Below, in pieces: positions 59,243 to 64,000 of a DNA stretch of 64,000 nt. The notes beneath the pieces are model-generated. The model was not told the DNA's origin. It searched no databases and saw nothing but the letters and a program-made list of their open reading frames with translations. Each line of letters opens with the position of its first letter. The first letter of the stretch is position 1. This DNA comes from Hyphomicrobiales bacterium (GTDB taxonomy: Bacteria; Pseudomonadota; Alphaproteobacteria; Rhizobiales; Rhizobiaceae). The stretch spans positions 415 through 64,414 of the forward strand of contig JAAEMP010000073.1 of NCBI GenBank assembly GCA_024225445.1, written 5' to 3'. A program made the position numbers and the translations under genes.

Positions 59243-59356
59243 ACTTTCGACCACATTGAAGCATTTGATGGGATAAATCGGTTCACTCGGCCAGGCGCGG
59301 TGCGCAGCGCGATCTGGTTGATCGATCAAACGATTCAATGCAACCATGAAAAGTCC
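59243..59356 (+). repeat. copy R2 of the intergenic repeat family; the most complete copy, with head and inverted tail able to pair
   Basis: The head is actttcgaccacattgaagcatttgatgg and the tail is gatcaaacgattcaatgcaaccatgaaaagtcc. The reverse complement of the tail (ggacttttcatggttgcattgaatcgtttgat) nearly equals the head of R1. Confidence 0.6.
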
Positions 59357-59442
59357 AGGATTTCCCGGACATCAATGTGCTGATGCAGAAATATACGCAA
59401 TATCGCGTTAACTACAGATTCAAATAGTTTGGATTTGCCGGC

Positions 59443-59853
59443 TTAGGTCAGTGAAATCTTGCCGTTTCGCGAATGAATAATGGCATCAACTTCAATCTCT
59501 ACCATCATTCCAGGCGTCGTCAGACCGGCCTGGACACCGGTTAAAACCGGCTCAATTCCCTTGAATATTTCGCCATGTCGGCGGATAAATCCACCTGCAT
59601 CACGCATATCGGAAACAAATGCCCTGGTTCGAACAATGTGGCGCATTTTTGCATCCACAGTCCCAAGAACATCTTCTATCTTATTGAAAATATAAACAGT
59701 TTGCTCATATATATCATAAGGAGCATATACCTTGCCATTTTGTTGCATGGATGTTAATCCAGCGACAAATACAAACGGTCCTACTCTTTTTACGCGGGAA
59801 TACGAAGCGGCCTTCTCAAACCGTCCGCTACCTGATACTGACATTAAAACCAT
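59443..59853 (-). CDS. RidA/YjgF/Rut-family (reactive enamine/imine deaminase-like) protein
   Basis: It has the C-terminal pattern R..F......D........F......P..T.V....L......VEI. The start is at 59853 or 59844; the longer ORF-track start would overlap the gntR promoter. Confidence 0.75.
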   Translation of the reverse strand: MVLMSVSGSGRFEKAASYSRVKRVGPFVFVAGLTSMQQNGKVYAPYDIYEQTVYIFNKIEDVLGTVDAKMRHIVRTRAFVSDMRDAGGFIRRHGEIFKGIEPVLTGVQAGLTTPGMMVEIEVDAIIHSRNGKISLT

Positions 59854-59868
59854 GTATCCTGTATACAG
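59852..59868. promoter_or_regulatory. operator site E: ATGTATCCTGTATACAG
   Basis: Lies in the approx. 40-nt divergent gap between ridA and gntR and overlaps the ridA start region. This is consistent with autoregulation. Confidence 0.5.
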
Positions 59869-59893
59869 TATTAAGCAGGTGAAGCAAATCGCA

Positions 59894-60571
59894 ATGTTCA
59901 AAAAAGCACCTCAGGCAAGACCAAGACTGGCCGCTGATGTTTACGATCAGCTTTTGTCTGCCGTCGTCAACGGACAGATAAAACCAGGTGAACGTCTGAT
60001 ACAGGAAAAAATTGCCGCGCAAATCAATATCAGCCGCACCCCCGTGCGAGAAGCGCTGTTACGTCTGGAGCAGGAAGGTGTGCTTGAACAAACCGGGCGC
60101 AGGGGTTTTACCATTCGTGATATTACCGACCAGGAAATCCGTGCGCTTTATGGTGCTCGTGAGGCGGTTGAAGGTTATGCGGCCTATGTGATAGCTACCG
60201 ACAGGGGCGATCAGCAACTTGCTACTATTGAACAGGCTGTCTTAGCAGAACAGCAACTCTTTGAGCGCGATGTTGAAAAGGAATTCACGATCAATCGTAA
60301 CATTCATCGCACTATTGTTGAGCAAAGCGGTAATTCAGTTTTGCTGGGAATGTTTGACAGTTTGTGGAGTCGTGGTGTTTCATTGTGGTTGTTTTCTGCA
60401 ACCCGGAACGATCAGACCCCGTCGAAGCCAGATGTGCATTCAAAACTGTTGCAAAAACTGAAATCCGGCACCCCTGAAGAAGCCCAGAAAGAGATGATCG
60501 ACCACATCCGCGATGGATTGGACATGCATTTGGAGAACAAGAAAACGCATGCAAGTAATCCGGATTCGTGA
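59894..60571 (+). CDS. GntR-family regulator, FadR/FCD subfamily
   Basis: I prefer the start at MFKKAP. The wHTH is VYDQLLSAVVNGQIKPGERLIQEKIAAQINISRTPVREALLRLEQEGVL. The C-terminus is all-helical and FCD-like, with H..I....GN. Confidence 0.85.
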   Translation: MFKKAPQARPRLAADVYDQLLSAVVNGQIKPGERLIQEKIAAQINISRTPVREALLRLEQEGVLEQTGRRGFTIRDITDQEIRALYGAREAVEGYAAYVIATDRGDQQLATIEQAVLAEQQLFERDVEKEFTINRNIHRTIVEQSGNSVLLGMFDSLWSRGVSLWLFSATRNDQTPSKPDVHSKLLQKLKSGTPEEAQKEMIDHIRDGLDMHLENKKTHASNPDS

Positions 60572-60683
60572 TTTGCCGAGACCCGGATTCATTACTGCTA
60601 AAGATAATTTTGGATGTTTTTAGGCCTCGAAAATAGCAGATGAATGCTGACAGGGAACACAAGGCTGGTGGATATCAGCTACC

Positions 60684-60833
60684 TATAGCAGAACACCTTT
60701 ATTTTGATTCAGTTCCGAATTTTTTTTGCTCAGGGCTATTCGGGCTTACGCCCGGCCTCCGCGAGGGCGGCGCACCGGCGCCGGTCGCTATTCGCTCCTG
60801 ATTGCATGACCATTTCAAAGGTGTTCTGCTATA
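60684..60833. repeat. 150-nt element bounded by perfect 17-bp inverted repeats (tatagcagaacaccttt / aaaggtgttctgctata) enclosing a GC-rich core with three short hairpins; MITE-like or structured RNA
   Basis: Read directly. The core hairpins are cgggc-ttac-gcccg, cctc-cgc-gagg and ggcgc-accg-gcgcc. It lies between the convergent 3' ends of gntR and the 60960..61415 gene. Confidence 0.55.
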
Positions 60834-60959
60834 CATAGTGTGGTACACACTGCACACAATATACTACTGATATTTTTGCATAAAAATTGTCAAATGATTC
60901 AATGTGGCCGAAAGCTGCTCCAGATGTTCATTGTTGTACAAAACCCATGAAATTTCAAC

Positions 60960-61415
60960 TTAGCCATGAACACCATAAATCGCCGCGACGATCGTGATTA
61001 GACTTAGTACAGTCATGATTTTGTGAAACCGACTGGCGAGAACCAGTGTCTGTTGCGGCGCAATTGCAGCTCGACGCGTGAACCAGGCGTGTAGAAACAA
61101 TGGTTCCGCAACAAACAAAACCAGGGTAAAAATCAGCCAGAGAAATGTCATGGCGTGCACCCACCAGAAGTTCGCATCGAGATACCGTTCCCACCCGTCT
61201 AATTTGTGCAACATATAAAAACCAGACAGGCCAGCCAATATCACAACAATCTTGGCGTGATTTACAAACTGGTTTTCCACCGCCTCGAAACGGGCCACGG
61301 GATCGGCGGCGGACTTGATCACCGGCAATATGACGAAAGTGACAAAGTAAACCCCACCAATCCAGACGACTACCGAGATGACATGGATTACTCGGGCCAA
61401 GGTTAAATCATCCAT
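60960..61415 (-). CDS. small integral membrane protein (4 TM), unknown function
   Basis: 151 aa with four clear hydrophobic helices. No motif recognised. Confidence 0.5.
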   Translation of the reverse strand: MDDLTLARVIHVISVVVWIGGVYFVTFVILPVIKSAADPVARFEAVENQFVNHAKIVVILAGLSGFYMLHKLDGWERYLDANFWWVHAMTFLWLIFTLVLFVAEPLFLHAWFTRRAAIAPQQTLVLASRFHKIMTVLSLITIVAAIYGVHG

Positions 61416-61448
61416 TTAAGCCAACCTTTGCTGCTTACCCTGATTATG

Positions 61449-61461
61449 GGTCTATGACCTA
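61449..61461 (-). repeat. exact 13-mer (rc = taggtcatagacc) shared with the left edge of repeat R1; near-palindrome GGTC-nnn-GACC
   Basis: Read directly. It is identical to 15564-15576 on the opposite strand. Confidence 0.4.
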
Positions 61462-61666
61462 GGACTATTCTGCAGGTCGGTCAATATCCATCCTCGCATT
61501 ACAGCTGGCCAATACCTGACCTTGGCTCAAACCGGTCTCTCACAGACGGGATAGTCGAGGCAAGCCCATATTCGCCCTTAATGCTCAAATGTGATCGCCA
61601 CGCACCTTGCAGCTTGCAGCTTTGAATCCAAATAGCTGGTTCTTGTGACCGAGATTATTGTCCGCC

Positions 61667-62569
61667 TTAAGCGGTTATTGTCAACACACTCCGGGCTTCA
61701 GAAATGACGGTACCTACATCTCTGCTGGGGGGCGATCCGAATTTCCGGCTGTAGTCACGGCTAAAGTGGGTTGGGCTTTCATAACCCACAGCGAATGCCG
61801 CTGATGAAACCGAATGGTTCGCGTCCGCCAGTAGTGTTCGCGCCTCGACCAGACGCAGGTCCTTTTGGTATTGCAGCGGGGTTGTGCCCGTAATTGATTT
61901 GAAATGATCGTGAAAGGAAGAGGAACTCATTCCTGCCGTTCCAGCGAGCTCGGCGACGGAAAGTGAAAAGCTAAATTCTGCCTTGATCCGCTGGATAGCC
62001 TTGGCGACCCGGCTTGCATGGCTGTCAACCGAAAGCAGGTTGCGTAACATGCCTCCAATTGGTGACATCAAAAGGCGGTAGTGGATTTCTCGCACTATCG
62101 AAGGGCCAAGGACCTGTGCATCTATTGAGCTATCCATTAATGCAATGTATCGGCCCAGTGGTTCAAGCCAGGTCGGATCGGCGGGGCCAGTAGAAAGCGA
62201 CCGGACGTTGGTGGCGGGTCCTACGGTGTCGCCGATTTGTTGATACAGGCTACGTACCAGCCCCAGATCAAGTGACAGGATAGCGGCAAGATAGGGCTCT
62301 TTGGTGCTTGCCTTGGTGATTGTAGAAATGACGGGTAAATCGTGGCTGACCAATAAAGCATCACCAACCTGCAGTTCCACGCATTGATCCCCTATGGTTG
62401 TTACCTTGCTTCCTTGTAGTACTAGGCAGATGACAGGTTGATATACAAATGCCTCAAAACTGCTCGTTGTTTCCTGGTGGAAAATGAAGAACCCCGGCAA
62501 ATTCTGTGAAGTTTCATCGGCATATGCGGCGTAATGCCTGCATAATCTGGTAAATTGAGTGAGTTCCAT
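61667..62569 (-). CDS. AraC-family transcriptional regulator (AraC_N-type sensor domain)
   Basis: The C-terminal double HTH is SVAELAGTAGMSSSSFHDHFK..TG.TPLQYQK..RL..AR.LL......V...A..VGYES...FSR.Y...FG..P. The start is at 62569 or 62608. Confidence 0.8.
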   Translation of the reverse strand: MELTQFTRLCRHYAAYADETSQNLPGFFIFHQETTSSFEAFVYQPVICLVLQGSKVTTIGDQCVELQVGDALLVSHDLPVISTITKASTKEPYLAAILSLDLGLVRSLYQQIGDTVGPATNVRSLSTGPADPTWLEPLGRYIALMDSSIDAQVLGPSIVREIHYRLLMSPIGGMLRNLLSVDSHASRVAKAIQRIKAEFSFSLSVAELAGTAGMSSSSFHDHFKSITGTTPLQYQKDLRLVEARTLLADANHSVSSAAFAVGYESPTHFSRDYSRKFGSPPSRDVGTVISEARSVLTITA

Positions 62570-62731
62570 CTCTAGTCCCTTCAGAACAAAACCTAGCAGC
62601 ATTTCCATATATAATCATTAAAAAAAGCAATCAATTGGAGGAATAGGCAGGTAAAAAGGAGGATGTGGCAGGCGCAAACCGATGTTCATGGATAAGATCT
62701 CCTCATCTTGAAGAAATCCCGGGAGAAACAA

Positions 62732-63688
62732 ATGGCAAGAATTGTGAAACTTGGTGGCGAGGGACTTGAGGTCCCGGCAGTTGGCTTGGGTTGTATGGGG
62801 ATGTCGGAATTTTATGGTTCCTCGGACCGCTCTGAAAACCTGAAGGTTCTGGACCGGGCACTGGAGGTCGGTTGCACCTTTTGGGATACTGCCGACATGT
62901 ACGGTCCTTTCACCAATGAGGAACTGCTTGGTGAGGCGTTAACCGGGCGGCGCTCCCAAGTAACACTGGCGACGAAATTCGGAATATCCCGCGGGGTAGA
63001 TGGCGAATGGTTCGGAACCAAAGGAGGCGAGGACTATGTTCGTGAGAGTTGCGACGCGTCGCTGAAACGTCTGGGTACCAACTATATCGATCTTTATTAT
63101 CAACATAGGCTCGATCCTGATACGCCGATTGAGGAAACGGTCAGCGCGATGGCCGGGTTGGTCAAGGCCGGCAAGGTTCGCTACATCGGCCTTTCTGAAG
63201 CCGATGCTGAGACCATCGAACGGGCTCATCGCATCCACCCCATCACCGCGGTACAGACCGAATATTCGCTCTGGTCAAGGGATGTGGAAGAGGAGGTTCT
63301 CCCCACGCTCCGGCGCCTGGGAATTGGGCTTGTAGCCTACAGCCCGCTGGGGCGAGGATTTCTAACAGGAAAAATTCGCAACCGGTCCGATCTGCAGAAA
63401 GGGGATTGGCGGCTTGAAAATCCCCGGTTTGCCGATGATGCAATGGCTGCAAATTTGGTGCTGGTCGATGAAATTGAAAAACTTGCCAAATCGAAAAAGG
63501 TTATGCCAGCACAGTTGGCTCTAGCCTGGCTTCTGACACAGGGCGAAAATATCGCTGCGATTCCCGGGACAAGACGGATAGAGCGTCTTGAGCAGAACAT
63601 GGCAGCCGCTGACATTCCACTTTCCGAAGATGAAGTCTCGCATCTGTCAACCTTGACCAATCGTGGCGTAGCCGGTAGCCGGTATTGA
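62732..63688 (+). CDS. aldo/keto reductase (AKR11/13-like)
   Basis: It has LGCMGMS, FWDTADMYG, the catalytic-tetrad context (D..Y..K..H) and IDLYYQHR. It is divergent from the AraC gene. Confidence 0.9.
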   Translation: MARIVKLGGEGLEVPAVGLGCMGMSEFYGSSDRSENLKVLDRALEVGCTFWDTADMYGPFTNEELLGEALTGRRSQVTLATKFGISRGVDGEWFGTKGGEDYVRESCDASLKRLGTNYIDLYYQHRLDPDTPIEETVSAMAGLVKAGKVRYIGLSEADAETIERAHRIHPITAVQTEYSLWSRDVEEEVLPTLRRLGIGLVAYSPLGRGFLTGKIRNRSDLQKGDWRLENPRFADDAMAANLVLVDEIEKLAKSKKVMPAQLALAWLLTQGENIAAIPGTRRIERLEQNMAAADIPLSEDEVSHLSTLTNRGVAGSRY

Positions 63689-63930
63689 AAAAAATGACGC
63701 TGTTACTGGCGATGTTTTAGTTGGCGTTGCACCTACAGATATTGCCACCGCCATAATGATCAGGATATCTACCCATATCGCACCGCCTCTGCCAACAAGG
63801 TTGCTATATTCCGCTCTTGTTGGCGATGCCGCGGACTTTCGTTCGATCTTGTCGGAAATACAAAGCACCCGTCAACCAGATGCAGCGAATTGTTCAACGT
63901 CCATATCCTCTTCAAGGTGATGGGGCCAAA

Positions 63931-64000
63931 TTAATGCACCAGCTGGTAAATGCCATACTTAATGTCTTTTTGAACAGGAGCAAGATCAGTCCAGTATGCA
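63931..64000 (-). CDS. 3' end of an unidentified gene entering from the right window edge
   Basis: The reverse frame reads ..AYWTDLAPVQKDIKYGIYQLVH* with the stop at 63931-63933. Only 22 codons are visible, so no function can be assigned. Confidence 0.25.
   Translation of the reverse strand, partial: AYWTDLAPVQKDIKYGIYQLVH

Noticed and set aside
59059-59286. 75-aa minus-strand ORF upstream of the ABC operon
   Set aside because: It contains operator site D and runs into repeat R2. It has no RBS and no recognisable fold pattern, so the region is more plausibly regulatory or non-coding.
60684-60833. Integron attC site
   Set aside because: The terminal sequences do not fit the RYYYAAC / GTTRRRY core sites, and no intI or cassette array is present.
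1-64000. rRNA, tRNA, CRISPR arrays, IS elements, prophage or integrase genes
   Set aside because: I scanned the ORF translations and the larger intergenic regions. I saw no transposase or integrase motifs, no regularly spaced direct repeats and no tRNA-like cloverleaf candidates. Absence is by eye only; tRNAscan, Infernal and ISfinder runs would be decisive.

Overview
The window is a gene-dense (about 90% coding) chromosomal segment. Gene content (TTT transporter, Omp25/31-like porin, host-attachment protein, LIV-type ABC systems) suggests an alphaproteobacterium, possibly marine, but that is inference. I found no rRNA, tRNA, CRISPR array, transposase or integrase. The blocks, in order, are as follows. 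(1) 1-8.9 kb: omega-aminotransferase, HAD hydrolase, IclR regulator, TctCBA transporter, aldehyde dehydrogenase and a Tm-1-like protein. (2) 8.9-15.4 kb: a MarR/HpaR-controlled homoprotocatechuate meta-cleavage operon (hpaF-E-D, FAH-family hpaG-like, hpaH) with an aromatic-L-amino-acid decarboxylase gene embedded in it. (3) 15.6-25 kb: a visibly lower-GC island holding a porin, two paralogous 6-TM histidine kinases flanking an alpha-oxoamine-synthase gene, a REC-GGDEF-EAL regulator and a PAS-AraC regulator. Inverted copies of a short repeat bracket the stretch from the porin through the REC-GGDEF-EAL gene. (4) 25-36.7 kb: a sugar-utilisation cluster with TIM-barrel isomerases, a Gfo/Idh/MocA dehydrogenase, an ABC importer with two ATPase genes, a PfkB kinase, a mutarotase and an SDR. 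(5) 37-41.3 kb: Hsp20, a Lon-like protease, an unknown protein and a host-attachment protein. (6) 41.3-44.8 kb: PrpD-family protein, an ArsR-permease pair and a decayed acyl-CoA-ligase remnant. (7) 44.8-60.6 kb: an amine-catabolic region (two ALDH paralogs, an FAD oxidase, a gmaS-like glutamine-synthetase homolog, mgsABC-like genes, a LIV-type ABC importer, RidA and GntR). A 17-bp palindrome occurs in five of its regulatory gaps. (8) 61-64 kb: a membrane protein and an AraC / aldo-keto-reductase pair. The best candidate for an undescribed system is the kinase / alpha-oxoamine synthase / kinase / REC-GGDEF-EAL module. I read it as a possible signal synthase-receptor circuit with c-di-GMP output. 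All functional calls rest on motifs I recognised by eye in the translations. No database search was possible.
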